Position numbers and translations under genes: made by a program
Shown here: positions 1 to 9,459 of the stretch, one piece after another
Position numbering within the stretch: position 1 is the first letter of the stretch
How the letters are laid out: each line of letters starts with the position of its first letter
IMG/VR virus record: IMGVR_UViG_3300035138_000088
Length of the DNA stretch: 64,000 nucleotides
Source: an uncultured virus (IMG/VR IMGVR_UViG_3300035138_000088)
Lineage: Duplodnaviria; Heunggongvirae; Uroviricota; Caudoviricetes
Direction: 5' to 3' (one strand)
Notes under the pieces: model-generated
What the model saw: the letters and a program-made list of their open reading frames with translations, nothing else
Told to the model about the DNA's origin: nothing
Database searches by the model: none

Positions 1-421
1 TGGATAACCTGACAAGCTCTGTTTCGAGTATGCGGTCTTTGATTCTGCGCCACGTTGCCTTGGAGAAGTCGCCGCTAACTAAGTCTCTGCCTCTGGTCCA
101 GTTTTCGCCAGCTTTGCTTTTGCGTGTATCTACTGTACAGCTAAGGTATGGTCCGCCATCTACGGTTCTATGTATGGCGACGATAAAGTAAACGTTGTTT
201 TCTGTGTAAAGCTTCACTTGCATCATAAAGCCGTATTTTCCGTCTGCGCCGATTGGACCTTCCTTAATCAACACGAAGGCGTTGAGGGTTCCGAATCCGT
301 CTGGGGCTGGCTGGATGCATTTAGTGGAGAGCTCGATGAAAGCTTTCCGCAAGTCGTCTGGTACACTGGTCACGTCACTGAGGAACTCAAGAAGAGATTC
401 CCTAAACTTTGTTCTATTCAT
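1..421 (-). CDS. conserved phage-type hypothetical protein, runs off window start (MNRTKFRES...YLSCTVDTRKSKAGENWTRGRDL...)
   Basis: Hand-translated open frame from ATG at 421 with AAGGTGGTGA SD upstream; absent from ORF track because it has no stop in the window. Confidence 0.75.
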   Translation of the reverse strand, partial: MNRTKFRESLLEFLSDVTSVPDDLRKAFIELSTKCIQPAPDGFGTLNAFVLIKEGPIGADGKYGFMMQVKLYTENNVYFIVAIHRTVDGGPYLSCTVDTRKSKAGENWTRGRDLVSGDFSKATWRRIKDRILETELVRLS

Positions 422-467
422 TGGATTCTTTCACCACCTTAAAGTCTATACGTAGACTATGGGTGGA

Positions 468-842
468 CTACCTTAAAAAGTTACCTTTTTTCTCTTCAGA
501 CTTGACTTGGCTACGGGCAATATTCATGAAAGCAACCACCAAATCTTCCCGCATCTCATCGTCAGTGTAAGTGAAAGGTTCAGGTTTTATGCCGTAAGTT
601 TCTATGGGAGCTTTCGGATGGTAGCCCCGCCGAATCATCTCAGCCCTAATATCGTATAGGCGTTGCAAGAGTTCGCCTTCCCTACCATTATAACGCTGGA
701 CGAACGGGTGGTGAAGCCAGCCGCCCTTGCCAGTAGCCAAAGCTTTCAATGCAATCCTACCCTCGTTGTTGCTGGACAACAAGTGCCGCCACCACAGCCA
801 AGTCACTGGCAGACGGAAAACGTTAACCATTATAGTACACAC
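468..842 (-). CDS. pyrimidine-dimer DNA glycosylase / T4 endonuclease V-like protein
   Basis: N-terminal 'VFRLP..L..RHLL', 'GW.HHP...RY.G' and 'EMIRRGYHPK' fit the Pyr_excise pattern; likely start ATG ~830. Confidence 0.55.
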   Translation of the reverse strand: MCTIMVNVFRLPVTWLWWRHLLSSNNEGRIALKALATGKGGWLHHPFVQRYNGREGELLQRLYDIRAEMIRRGYHPKAPIETYGIKPEPFTYTDDEMREDLVVAFMNIARSQVKSEEKKGNFLR

Positions 843-870
843 ATAGACTACTGATAGTCTACCTTAAAAA

Positions 871-1077
871 CTATTCGTTAATTAACGTTCCTAAACGGGC
901 AACTTTGCCTACAGAAACCCTGTCAACCATGAAAGCAACTACAGTGGGGTAGTCGTCGCATGCAATAAGGAACCTACCGTCTTCCGTGACTTCCCACATT
1001 CCAATCTCAGGAATCCACTTACAGTTAATCATCGTCCCGCTCCCAAGGCTTCTTTCCAGTACCCATCCACCTAACAA
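871..1077 (-). CDS. hypothetical protein (true start probably MINCKW ~1032)
   Basis: ORF track; co-oriented with neighbours. Confidence 0.5.
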   Translation of the reverse strand: MLGGWVLERSLGSGTMINCKWIPEIGMWEVTEDGRFLIACDDYPTVVAFMVDRVSVGKVARLGTLINE

Positions 1078-1131
1078 ACAAAACGCCGCAGATGATAGTT
1101 AATGGAATCAACAGTACAGACCACACCAATT

Positions 1132-1332
1132 TTAATGCTTCCTCAGAAAGATTTCCTCAACGACAGAAGAATCACCCAAATATAAGCAACCATGTTTTTC
1201 TTTAAGTTTAATTAATAATTCATCAAAGTCTCTATCGAGTTCTGCTTTCTTTTTTGAAATCTCTTGTTTATCATTTGATTTAAAATGGAAATCGAGAACA
1301 TACACTTTTGCTGATTGGAATTCTCCACTCAT
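1132..1332 (-). CDS. hypothetical protein
   Basis: ORF track; AGAGG SD-like upstream. Confidence 0.6.
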   Translation of the reverse strand: MSGEFQSAKVYVLDFHFKSNDKQEISKKKAELDRDFDELLIKLKEKHGCLYLGDSSVVEEIFLRKH

Positions 1333-1465
1333 GTTTTTTTCCTCTCTTCTGAATTAACTCTTTTATACCGCTTTCCAACACACCTATTTTGATGGTCAAG
1401 AAAGTTCGAGTAGGAACTACTAATTTTCTTTCCACAATATACACATTCTCTTTCAGCATGTGTAC

Positions 1466-1912
1466 TCATTTCTTTTCACCTGACTTTTGATTAACAAGAA
1501 TTATTTTGACTATCCTACTACTGTCACACTCAAGGTTAGGCGCAAGCTTTTCAAAGTCAACCGTAGTCATCCAGTAAGGTCCATTTGAATCTTTGAACAC
1601 TTCAATTTCTATTTCTTTACCCTTATCTATACTTAATGGATTAACATATCCCAACAAGACGCTTCCATCCCTCGGACACCCAGATTCACCATCAAACCCA
1701 ACAGGAAACTCATGGTAAACCGCTCCACAAACAGTACAAACAGTCAACCTCTCGTATCCAACCCCAAACTCGTGAAAAACAACCGTCCTACAGAAAACAT
1801 GCGGGTGATACCATTTAAACTTAACAAAACATTCACGGCGAAACTCCCCAAACCTGTCCCTAACAATCCCAACAAACAACGGATTATCATTCTTACACGG
1901 CATCTTAATCAA
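1466..1912 (-). CDS. hypothetical protein with CxxC zinc-ribbon
   Basis: CTVC...CP motif; TATA-like promoter at ~1933-1946 on minus strand. Confidence 0.6.
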   Translation of the reverse strand: MIKMPCKNDNPLFVGIVRDRFGEFRRECFVKFKWYHPHVFCRTVVFHEFGVGYERLTVCTVCGAVYHEFPVGFDGESGCPRDGSVLLGYVNPLSIDKGKEIEIEVFKDSNGPYWMTTVDFEKLAPNLECDSSRIVKIILVNQKSGEKK

Positions 1913-2801
1913 CAGTAACTAATACAGCAGTACCTAATAAACCTATCCCTAATTAACATCCACCAAAAATAGCCCCCGTATATAAAATAGGTGATTGTTT
2001 CAACCTTATTTCTTACTTGTTTTCTGGAAAGGCGGGGGGGTTATTCTCGGTTTGGTTGGTTGACGGAAAGAAAACGGTGTTTTCAGTATGGATAAGCACG
2101 GAGAAAGCCGCGTTGGGTATGTTACTGATTAAATAACGGTTGCTTCTGGTACTGCAAAAGTTAACCCGCGTTTATTTGCATGGGAAAAGTGGATAACCCT
2201 AAATAATTTTAACATTATTACGTGAAATAATAAATAATCGTTAAAAACCGTCACTGTAAGGTATTAGTTAAGGGTAGTTAGTTAACTGTTGGTTATAACT
2301 TTCTCGGGTCTGTGCTTCTCTCTCTGTTGTTATGGTTGTTACTGTATAGATAGCTTAATCTGTTGCCGCTGTGTTAGGTACTGGTAAGAAGCTATGATTA
2401 TTTACGGGAGAAAGAAAACTTTGTTTAAATCTGCGCTTGTTTATTGTGTTTCGTTGTGGGTTGCGGCTCTGCGTCTGCTTGTCTGTTGCGGGTCTCTCCG
2501 CTGTGGTCTGTTGTGGTCTGCAACAAAAGAGACGCTAAAAAGAGACTTGAGAGAGTTTAAGCGGGACATGTCGCGGTTGTGGGTTAGGTGTTGGGTGCGG
2601 GAAGAGGGAAGGGTTAAGGTGTGCTTGTTATTAGTAATAGTTAAACTGGTGTTTGCATGCAAGGATTAAGAGTGGTTAGTGTGTTAACAGGTTGTGAAAT
2701 ACCGCTGATTGATGGTAAGTTAATGTTTAAATGTACATTTTTGTACACGAATGTTTATATTAAACTCTGTTATTCTATAGGGTTAAAGGTGTGTTGGAAA
2801 G
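1913..2801. other. non-coding divergence region with strong G/T strand skew; candidate origin or genome terminus/packaging site
   Basis: ~0.9 kb without a credible ORF; inverted repeat aatagcccccg (1968)/cggggggttatt (2033); GTT/GTTA-rich on + strand while the left flank is AAC/ACC-rich. Confidence 0.5.
2748..2792 (+). promoter_or_regulatory. archaeal-type promoter (gaatgTTTATATTAA) and SD (AAAGGTG)
   Basis: TATA box followed by SD before ATG 2802; same layout at 8878/8912 and 11018/11052. Confidence 0.65.
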
Positions 2802-2954
2802 ATGGCAACGACGGAAACAAAGAAAGATAAACCTTGCTTAGGAACCCTTAAACCTGTTAATGGTTCTTGCATTGGTTGCGCTGATTACCAGAGATGCCTA
2901 GAGTCTCATATGGGAGTAACCCAGAGACTAGCCAATTATAGGAGAGAAGCTTAA
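2802..2954 (+). CDS. 50-aa Cys4 microprotein (MATTETKKDKPCLG...SCIGCADYQRC...)
   Basis: Hand-translated; promoter and SD upstream; stop abuts next start. Confidence 0.65.
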   Translation: MATTETKKDKPCLGTLKPVNGSCIGCADYQRCLESHMGVTQRLANYRREA

Positions 2955-2956
2955 GA

Positions 2957-3421
2957 ATGAGCAAACAAAAACAAGTATTATATGCGGGTCTCTCTGTTAC
3001 TGAATACCGAAAACTACACTTAGAAAGCCTTACGGACCGAGAAAAGCTTAAAGTTATCGTGATGGAACAAATAAGAACAGACTTCAACCGCAACGAGAGC
3101 CAAGGCATAGAAGAATGGACACTTAAGCGCAATGTTGAATATTACATTGTTCATTGTTTCCCTGAACACACGCATTTTAATAAAGGAATAGGTGATAGGC
3201 TTTACTCGCTGGCAGTACATAGCCGCCTAGACGATGCAATCATTAACGAATTAGCCAATGAGGGCATAATTAACCGCTTTATGTGGAAGCAATTCAGAAA
3301 GATAAAAACCACTAAAAAAGGGGAGCGAGAACTAGAGAAACTTGGAGAAATACGCGACGGGGAACGCGACTTTAAGACGGGGAAAAAATTCAAGAAAGGA
3401 ATGGAAATCTGGAGAAGATAG
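2957..3421 (+). CDS. hypothetical protein, possible C-terminal winged helix
   Basis: 'INELANEGII...KTTKKGE.EL' resembles wHTH wing. Confidence 0.7.
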   Translation: MSKQKQVLYAGLSVTEYRKLHLESLTDREKLKVIVMEQIRTDFNRNESQGIEEWTLKRNVEYYIVHCFPEHTHFNKGIGDRLYSLAVHSRLDDAIINELANEGIINRFMWKQFRKIKTTKKGERELEKLGEIRDGERDFKTGKKFKKGMEIWRR

Positions 3422-3424
3422 AAA

Positions 3425-3952
3425 TTGGTAAACTTTAAAACAGAAATCACTCTAGCGGGTACAGTGGAAAGCATCAACACCCGCGAAGACTTAACTTTTA
3501 TTTCTGACTCTCAAGAAGTAGAAGAGATTAAGCGTTATTTCGGAATTGAAAAAGACGATACTTTACATAGTTTCTTTGTCAAGGCTGTTAACGGAGATTA
3601 TGAAGAGGTTTATGGTATTGGCGGAATAATACCAGACCTAAATAAAACTTTGTGGAAAATTGCGTTAATCGAACAGAAACCGCAATACTTAGAAGTGATT
3701 TGGACCAAAAAACACTTACTTAAGAACCGCTCTTTTACACTGGAAAAGAAGACACAAGCTTATAGTTTCTTTGAAAGGTTAAGCTCAAACGACGTGCAAA
3801 TATGTTTGAGGGGTCGCGGTTACGAGCCAAGTTTCACAACGCGAGACCTAGAAAGAGGTTTCGATTTGTGGATTTATGGCACAAAGGAACAGCGGCTTAA
3901 TAAGTTCCTTGAGTGGTTGAATGAACAGTTAGAAATCACAAAAGAGGATTAA
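3425..3952 (+). CDS. hypothetical protein
   Basis: ORF track, operon packing. Confidence 0.7.
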   Translation: MVNFKTEITLAGTVESINTREDLTFISDSQEVEEIKRYFGIEKDDTLHSFFVKAVNGDYEEVYGIGGIIPDLNKTLWKIALIEQKPQYLEVIWTKKHLLKNRSFTLEKKTQAYSFFERLSSNDVQICLRGRGYEPSFTTRDLERGFDLWIYGTKEQRLNKFLEWLNEQLEITKED

Positions 3953-3972
3953 CTAGGGGGAAACTTTGAAAA

Positions 3973-4425
3973 ATGGCACACTTTAAAAAAGGTGAAATCA
4001 TAGAGGCTTACATTGGCACAACTGACGGCTTAAACGCTGATGAAATAGTTAATAAAGTTACCAATGGGGAACCGCTTTCAGTATGGAAGAAAGCCAAGGT
4101 AACAAACATAAGCCGCGCCACTGAAAGAAACCTTTACACGGTCCTAGTAGACGGAGAAGAGAAAAGAGTTTTTCCGCGAAACATGCGAAAACTTCCAAAA
4201 TACACAATAAAAGTAGACGTTTATAATCCCTCTGACGTGGACCGAGTAAAAGAAATCTTTAAAACCTTTTTCGGTCATCCTTACACCATAAAAGAAGAAT
4301 CAAAAGAGCGTGAGCACTGTTTCTTAATCATAACGTCAGACTACCGCTTTTTAAGATTCAGTTTCAAGCTTGATAAGTTGGTGTGCGGAATAAGAAACAT
4401 AACTTTTCCAGAGGAGAAACTTTAA
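3973..4425 (+). CDS. hypothetical protein (SH3/KOW-like N-terminus possible)
   Basis: ORF track; AGGGGGAAACTTTG leader. Confidence 0.7.
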   Translation: MAHFKKGEIIEAYIGTTDGLNADEIVNKVTNGEPLSVWKKAKVTNISRATERNLYTVLVDGEEKRVFPRNMRKLPKYTIKVDVYNPSDVDRVKEIFKTFFGHPYTIKEESKEREHCFLIITSDYRFLRFSFKLDKLVCGIRNITFPEEKL

Positions 4426-4426
4426 G

Positions 4427-5062
4427 ATGTTACTGTTTCACGGAACAAGCTTAAAACGATTCAAACAAGCCATAAAAGACGGGTTTCTAGGTACAGAAAG
4501 CACTCTCTGGTCAGCCAGTGAGGGAGAAACCACATATTTCTATAATGAAAAATTCATTAAGGAAGAATACGACTTAACAGAGAAAGAAGAGATAAAAGAA
4601 ATGGGTGTTAGGTTTGCCCTAGAAAGCTCTGTCTTTGCTCTAGCGGAAGATAAACAATACTTAAGAAGAGTCGTTTTAGTTTTCGATTCACGGAAACTTA
4701 ATAAAATCGGGAAAGTTGAAAAAGATGATTCGTGCGGGGACAATATGAATCACTGCTCTAAGTTTGTTGGAAAAATCCCGCTTAACCTGATTGAGAAAAT
4801 TTTCATAGATTCCCAAAATATGGATTTATTCGCGTTGTACTTTATCGGGTCCGCATACGCCGCACAAGTAAGAGCACAAGAAGCCAGACAGGGACCCGCA
4901 TATTACATTAACCAAGATTTCACGGGGCTAGATACTCCAATGTTAGAAGCGGCTCAAGAAGTATATGAAAAGCTTAACATGTACTTCTTAGAAAACTTTG
5001 ATACTATCGAAGCAACAGAGGAAACAACCATAGAAAAAATAAACGCTCTGGAGAGTTGCTAA
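4427..5062 (+). CDS. putative ADP-ribosyltransferase-fold protein
   Basis: N-terminal 'LFHGTS...I.KDG', '.YF', 'A..FA' and C-terminal 'G.IP...IEKI' typical of small ART-fold proteins. Confidence 0.5.
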   Translation: MLLFHGTSLKRFKQAIKDGFLGTESTLWSASEGETTYFYNEKFIKEEYDLTEKEEIKEMGVRFALESSVFALAEDKQYLRRVVLVFDSRKLNKIGKVEKDDSCGDNMNHCSKFVGKIPLNLIEKIFIDSQNMDLFALYFIGSAYAAQVRAQEARQGPAYYINQDFTGLDTPMLEAAQEVYEKLNMYFLENFDTIEATEETTIEKINALESC

Positions 5063-5139
5063 GTATTGAAATGTTTCTCCACGATTACGGCTCAAGAAAG
5101 GAACCTCACGTTTAAAGAAAACTTAGAAAAAATAGGAGA

Positions 5140-5388
5140 GTGAAAAAAGAAATGGTTGATAGAGTCACAGACGCGGAACTAAAAAAAGCAGTGGAACAGC
5201 TAAACGGATTAAGTAAAGAACTTTACGGTCTAGATTGGGCTTATGGTGGTGTAAAGTTGGTTAGATACGCCAACCACGACCCCACAAGCGGACAGCGAGA
5301 CGTAACAAACGGCTATGCAACGAAAAGAAAGATTTACGACATAGTACACGCTATACTCGCTTATCTCTACATAGAGGGGAAAGCGTAA
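5140..5388 (+). CDS. phage hypothetical protein
   Basis: 'L..AYGG.KL.....G.RDV..GY..K...Y' pattern; GGAG SD. Confidence 0.7.
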   Translation: MKKEMVDRVTDAELKKAVEQLNGLSKELYGLDWAYGGVKLVRYANHDPTSGQRDVTNGYATKRKIYDIVHAILAYLYIEGKA

Positions 5389-5406
5389 CCGCGAACTTTA
5401 AAAAAG

Positions 5407-5589
5407 GTGTTGGAAAAAATGAATAATACAAAATTCGTTAACGAAAAACAAACGAAAGAAGAGCGACGCTTAAAATATAAGCTAGTGAAACATTTCACTA
5501 AGTCCGCGAACCTAGCCCGAGTCGCTAGAGACTGGCAACCGCACAACGTTAAACGGTTACTGGTAAACTTGCCAAGGGGGAAACTTTGA
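5407..5589 (+). CDS. basic hypothetical protein
   Basis: ORF track; AAGGTG SD (start likely ATG 5419). Confidence 0.6.
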   Translation: MLEKMNNTKFVNEKQTKEERRLKYKLVKHFTKSANLARVARDWQPHNVKRLLVNLPRGKL

Positions 5590-5592
5590 GAA

Positions 5593-6072
5593 ATGCCAGC
5601 TTATGTTTTTTACGCGAAAGAACGCGAAGTCTATAAAACAGAGTTCGCACTGGAAACCACTCAGGACTTACATAAGGTTGAACTAGTAATAAGAAAACTA
5701 GCGAGACATTTCAAGTTTACGTTTAGAGGGTTACTTCCAGCTAGAAACATGCGGGCTAGTGGAAGAGCTTACCCGAGCAGAAAAATAAAGTTTTCCAGCC
5801 GCAATAAATTAAACGTCGGTGTTATCGTTCATGAAACAGCGCATTTAATGCAAAAAGAGAAAGATGGACGTTTCCAGCACAATAAAAAGCTTATGCGATA
5901 CATGGACAGGATGTTTAAATACATCCGAAAGAATGAGGCAATCCAACAGCTTTTAGGAATAAAAGAGGAGATTGCTTATTTAGATTACGTTTCCGACGGT
6001 GGAAACTTACCCGCACAAGCATATCATGACCGCGTAAAAGAACTAGAAAAAGAGGCGTTAACAGATGCCTAA
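5593..6072 (+). CDS. zincin-like metallopeptidase (SprT/YgjP-like)
   Basis: HETAH (HExxH) plus downstream H in 'FQHNKK'. Confidence 0.6.
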   Translation: MPAYVFYAKEREVYKTEFALETTQDLHKVELVIRKLARHFKFTFRGLLPARNMRASGRAYPSRKIKFSSRNKLNVGVIVHETAHLMQKEKDGRFQHNKKLMRYMDRMFKYIRKNEAIQQLLGIKEEIAYLDYVSDGGNLPAQAYHDRVKELEKEALTDA

Positions 6073-6334
6073 GTTGGAACAAAAAATCACTATTAAAGAT
6101 TGCTCTGAGTGTTTTAAGGAAAGCGGTGGATTCTGTAAAGCCGTAGTCTTTAAGACAGAGTGTAAGCTGGGCATACCACCAGAAACCGAAAAACTTAATA
6201 AATGTTATCACTTCCCTACTTATAAAACCGTGAATAGTGATAACGAGATGCGGATAACTAGAATTATCTGTGCGGAATGTGGAAAGATACTAAAAGAAAC
6301 CATAGAACGCGGAAACTTTAGAGGGCTAACATAA
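6065..6334 (+). CDS. Cys-rich zinc-binding hypothetical protein
   Basis: CSEC, CAEC motifs. Confidence 0.65.
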   Translation: MPKLEQKITIKDCSECFKESGGFCKAVVFKTECKLGIPPETEKLNKCYHFPTYKTVNSDNEMRITRIICAECGKILKETIERGNFRGLT

Positions 6335-6471
6335 TGGGAAAACCTATAAATAAATCTAAATTCTGTTGCGAGTGTGCCGAGTCTGGAACCGTTGAAGTTG
6401 CCATAAGAGAAAGAAAGAAAGGAAAAACTATTTGGGTATGCCCAAAAGGACACATAGAAGAGGAAACTTAA
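6334..6471 (+). CDS. 45-aa zinc-ribbon microprotein (MGKPINKSKFCCEC...WVCPKGH...)
   Basis: Hand-translated; TAATG overlaps at both ends. Confidence 0.6.
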   Translation: MGKPINKSKFCCECAESGTVEVAIRERKKGKTIWVCPKGHIEEET

Positions 6472-7316
6472 TGTTAAAACGCTTGTTTAAAATCACTTGG
6501 AAAGGATGCTCAGAGGGTCATTATAAGAAATACGTTAACATAGTGCCCTATTTACCTGAAGGCGTAACCGATAAAGAAGAGTTAGAGGAATTTCTATCTG
6601 AACCTTTAGAGTGGGAACCTAAACGCCATAACTGGATTGTTAAGAACATGCCAGAATTCGTTTTTGAATATGAATGCGGTACTAATCCGTGTAACTTCCA
6701 CGTTCTAAAGATTGAAAGAATAAGCCTAAAGAAACTTACCAATTTATACGACATCGTAAAGAATCACCCTTACAGAGTATTTTTAGAGGGTCCCTCTAGT
6801 TCTTACTATGAGGCACTAGACAAACTTTATTTAGAGTTTGTTAAACAAGCGAAAAAGGTTTCTCCAGATAAAAATTGCACTTTTGGGCGTTTCTGTTGGG
6901 GTCATCAATATTATTCTGGTGCTTTACCTCTAAAGAGAGGTAAAAAAGACGAGTTAAAACCTTACAGAGAAATCATGGAAATCTACATAAGCACGATTCA
7001 CAGATTCCTAGAAGAGGGAAACTTAAATTCTTTCAGGATTCATTTTGGATATATAAACCCTAGAGATGAGTACAAAAACCAACCAGCAATAAGGGTTTTA
7101 ATTCAATGGTATAATGACCTTGAAGAGTTCGAAATATCCCCAGAGCATTTAAACCTATACATAGAGCGGTTAAAAATAAAGATTGCTCGATGGGAGTCTA
7201 AAATTAAAGAGAAAGATGACCTAGCTTCGAACATAGCCACAAGCTATAAAAAATATCTCTATAAGCTCACTGAATTACACAATAAATATAAAGGTGGTGA
7301 AAAAATAGATGGCTAG
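6471..7316 (+). CDS. hypothetical protein
   Basis: Long ORF; start moved to ATG 6471 (TAATG coupling). Confidence 0.75.
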   Translation: MLKRLFKITWKGCSEGHYKKYVNIVPYLPEGVTDKEELEEFLSEPLEWEPKRHNWIVKNMPEFVFEYECGTNPCNFHVLKIERISLKKLTNLYDIVKNHPYRVFLEGPSSSYYEALDKLYLEFVKQAKKVSPDKNCTFGRFCWGHQYYSGALPLKRGKKDELKPYREIMEIYISTIHRFLEEGNLNSFRIHFGYINPRDEYKNQPAIRVLIQWYNDLEEFEISPEHLNLYIERLKIKIARWESKIKEKDDLASNIATSYKKYLYKLTELHNKYKGGEKIDG

Positions 7317-7863
7317 AATAACATCAATAAATCTCAGTTGGAAAGACAATTATGTAAACTTTAGCGATTCAGACAGCATGACAGATTATCATCATGGTTA
7401 CAGTTTAGGCATCAAACAGACTATTGAATGGATTAAAAAGCATGGTGCTAAAAAAATCAGAGTTACAGTTACAAACGATGACCCTAAAATCCCATCTTTA
7501 AGGCGTGTTCAACAAATCGCTAAGATGTGCGGGTACACCATAGAAGACAAAAGCCACGAGCACACTTATCACGGATACATGGATAAAGAGGTTAAACGTT
7601 TCGTTTATGAGTGGTTATTAACGGCTACTCCCGAGCGCATAAAGATTCTTGATGCTGAAGACGCTGAAGAGGAACGGAAACGGAAAGAGGCTGAAGCATA
7701 CGCGAAAACTCCAGAGGCTAGAAGAAAGCGAATATTAGCGGAAATGCATCAAGTAAAGAACGTTACTGCTGTATTCGACCATCGCGGGTTCCATACCGTA
7801 ACAGAGGAAGAGCGGACACAACAACTAGAAGAGTTACAGAAACAACTAGACGAAATTAGTTAA
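7309..7863 (+). CDS. hypothetical protein with coiled-coil C-terminus
   Basis: GGTGGTGA SD; ORF track. Confidence 0.75.
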   Translation: MARITSINLSWKDNYVNFSDSDSMTDYHHGYSLGIKQTIEWIKKHGAKKIRVTVTNDDPKIPSLRRVQQIAKMCGYTIEDKSHEHTYHGYMDKEVKRFVYEWLLTATPERIKILDAEDAEEERKRKEAEAYAKTPEARRKRILAEMHQVKNVTAVFDHRGFHTVTEEERTQQLEELQKQLDEIS

Positions 7864-7912
7864 AGTTTCCCTTTTTCTTTAACAGGGATAATAAAAAGGT
7901 GGTGACTAAAGA

Positions 7913-8158
7913 GTGAGTGAACAACCTATAAAAGAGACAAAAGACTCTTACTATTACAATCTCCCAGAGAATCGGTTTTACATAATCCGATGGCTAGACA
8001 GTGGTGGTTATCATCTTTACCCTAAAAGTTGCGGCAAACTTCCAGAAGGTTTCGAAACAAAAGAAGCCGCTCAAACGTTCATAGATAAATGGAAGATGGA
8101 CGCTAAAATAGTTACTGGAAAAGAAGCATCCAAATATCCAGTTCCTAAAAGGTGGTAA
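7913..8158 (+). CDS. hypothetical protein
   Basis: AAGGTGGTGA SD; GTG start. Confidence 0.7.
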   Translation: MSEQPIKETKDSYYYNLPENRFYIIRWLDSGGYHLYPKSCGKLPEGFETKEAAQTFIDKWKMDAKIVTGKEASKYPVPKRW

Positions 8159-8553
8159 ACATAGGGATTAAATGTAAAGCTCCATTTCAAGAATGTTTCT
8201 TTATTAAAAATGGTAGATGTACAAAGAAAGGTCCGAAATGGCATTCTTGTTATTATGACGGTTACATAGACTACATAGGGGACCCTCTAAAGAACGACTG
8301 GGAAAGAGTAAAAAAAGCGGTCCTGAAAGTCAAAAATGCACACTGGGACCCACGATTAAAGATTTTCTTTGAACCTAAAGAGTTAAGACAAGCAGATAAT
8401 AGAGGCATAGATGCGGCTATTCGACGCTTAAAAGACTCAAAAGAATACAGCCGAAAAATAGGCTTACACGGAGCACCTTCAAGTCAATATCCAAGAAACC
8501 CGTTTAGGTACGGGAATAAAGTTTACGCTCTATTAAGCTTCAAATTAAAATAG
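8152..8553 (+). CDS. hypothetical protein, Cys-rich N-terminus
   Basis: ORF track. Confidence 0.65.
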   Translation: MVNIGIKCKAPFQECFFIKNGRCTKKGPKWHSCYYDGYIDYIGDPLKNDWERVKKAVLKVKNAHWDPRLKIFFEPKELRQADNRGIDAAIRRLKDSKEYSRKIGLHGAPSSQYPRNPFRYGNKVYALLSFKLK

Positions 8554-8587
8554 AAACATTTAAATTGAACGGTGCTATTACAGTAAC

Positions 8588-8835
8588 TGCTAACGCGGCA
8601 CAAAGAGCCGACGCGAAACAATGAAACATGCATTGGGGACATGGAGTAGTTAACGATGACGGAACTATCATTGAGGTCAACCATCTACCATAGGGATATG
8701 GTACGATTTGGCGCGACGTTAAGCACTTATAAATTTCCCCTACCCTGAGCTACACGGGCACAGCTCAGAAACCATACGCCAAAAAACACCAACACCAACA
8801 AGGGAATTAAGCGGGGCTCTCCGTCTTAATTCCCC
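8588..8835 (+). ncRNA. candidate structured ncRNA A
   Basis: Follows TATA (catttaaat ~8557); closing helix TGCTAACG/CGTTAAGCA (8588/8725); hairpins cggc/gccg, caatg/cattg, taccata/tatggta, ctgagct/agctcag, gggaattaagcgg/ccgtcttaattccc; no ORF. Confidence 0.55.
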
Positions 8836-8925
8836 TATCTCTCCTTTGAATTTTTTACAAAGTTTCCATTCAGGTAAGTTTATATACTGCCGTGCTATAC
8901 CTTTTACTATCAAAAAGGTGTGTAA

Positions 8926-9459
8926 ATGGCAGACTTTAACCTATCGAAACTCTTTGAAGGCTATGTTACAAAATACGCGAACCTCACCAATAAACGCGAA
9001 CAATTAAAAGAAGCCATCAATGAAGCTAAAGAGCTAGTAACACAACTTGAAAAAGAATATTCAGACACATACGGAACAGTGTCATGGATAACAGAGCTTA
9101 TCGAACCTATTGCCGCAGAAATGCTTAAAGATTCAAGGCTGAAAGATAGGTACTTCGATATTCTGGGTCCTTTCGGATTGTGCGCTCGAACTTCAATACA
9201 TTTCTATAGAAACGGTGTAACAAGGGAAACCATGTTCAAAAATGACAACTGCTTATCTATAACGTTTGTTCCAATGGACTTAAAAAACGGCAAGGTAGAC
9301 TTGGAAGACACGGCAACAAACACAAGTGAATGGAAACAAGGCTCACTAGGCGAAATGAATGGAATGAACCACCCTAACACCCCAATGAAAGCCACAATAA
9401 AAGAACTTGTGGACTTTATGTTTGAACAGGAACAGAAGGGTAAAGATGCAAAAAAATAG
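8926..9459 (+). CDS. hypothetical protein, N-terminal coiled coil
   Basis: Promoter GTTTATATA and AAAAAGGTG SD. Confidence 0.8.
   Translation: MADFNLSKLFEGYVTKYANLTNKREQLKEAINEAKELVTQLEKEYSDTYGTVSWITELIEPIAAEMLKDSRLKDRYFDILGPFGLCARTSIHFYRNGVTRETMFKNDNCLSITFVPMDLKNGKVDLEDTATNTSEWKQGSLGEMNGMNHPNTPMKATIKELVDFMFEQEQKGKDAKK

Noticed and set aside
170..442. + strand 90-aa ORF
   Set aside because: Shadow of the - strand gene 1-421, which has an SD and protein-like sequence.
2188..2198. DnaA-box-like GTGGATAA
   Set aside because: Single imperfect copy in an archaeal-type context; likely chance.
2394..2669. ORFs 2394-2669 (+) and 2441-2662 (-)
   Set aside because: Products mirror the local G/T skew (V/L/C/W or T/N/H rich) and have no SD; treated as non-coding.
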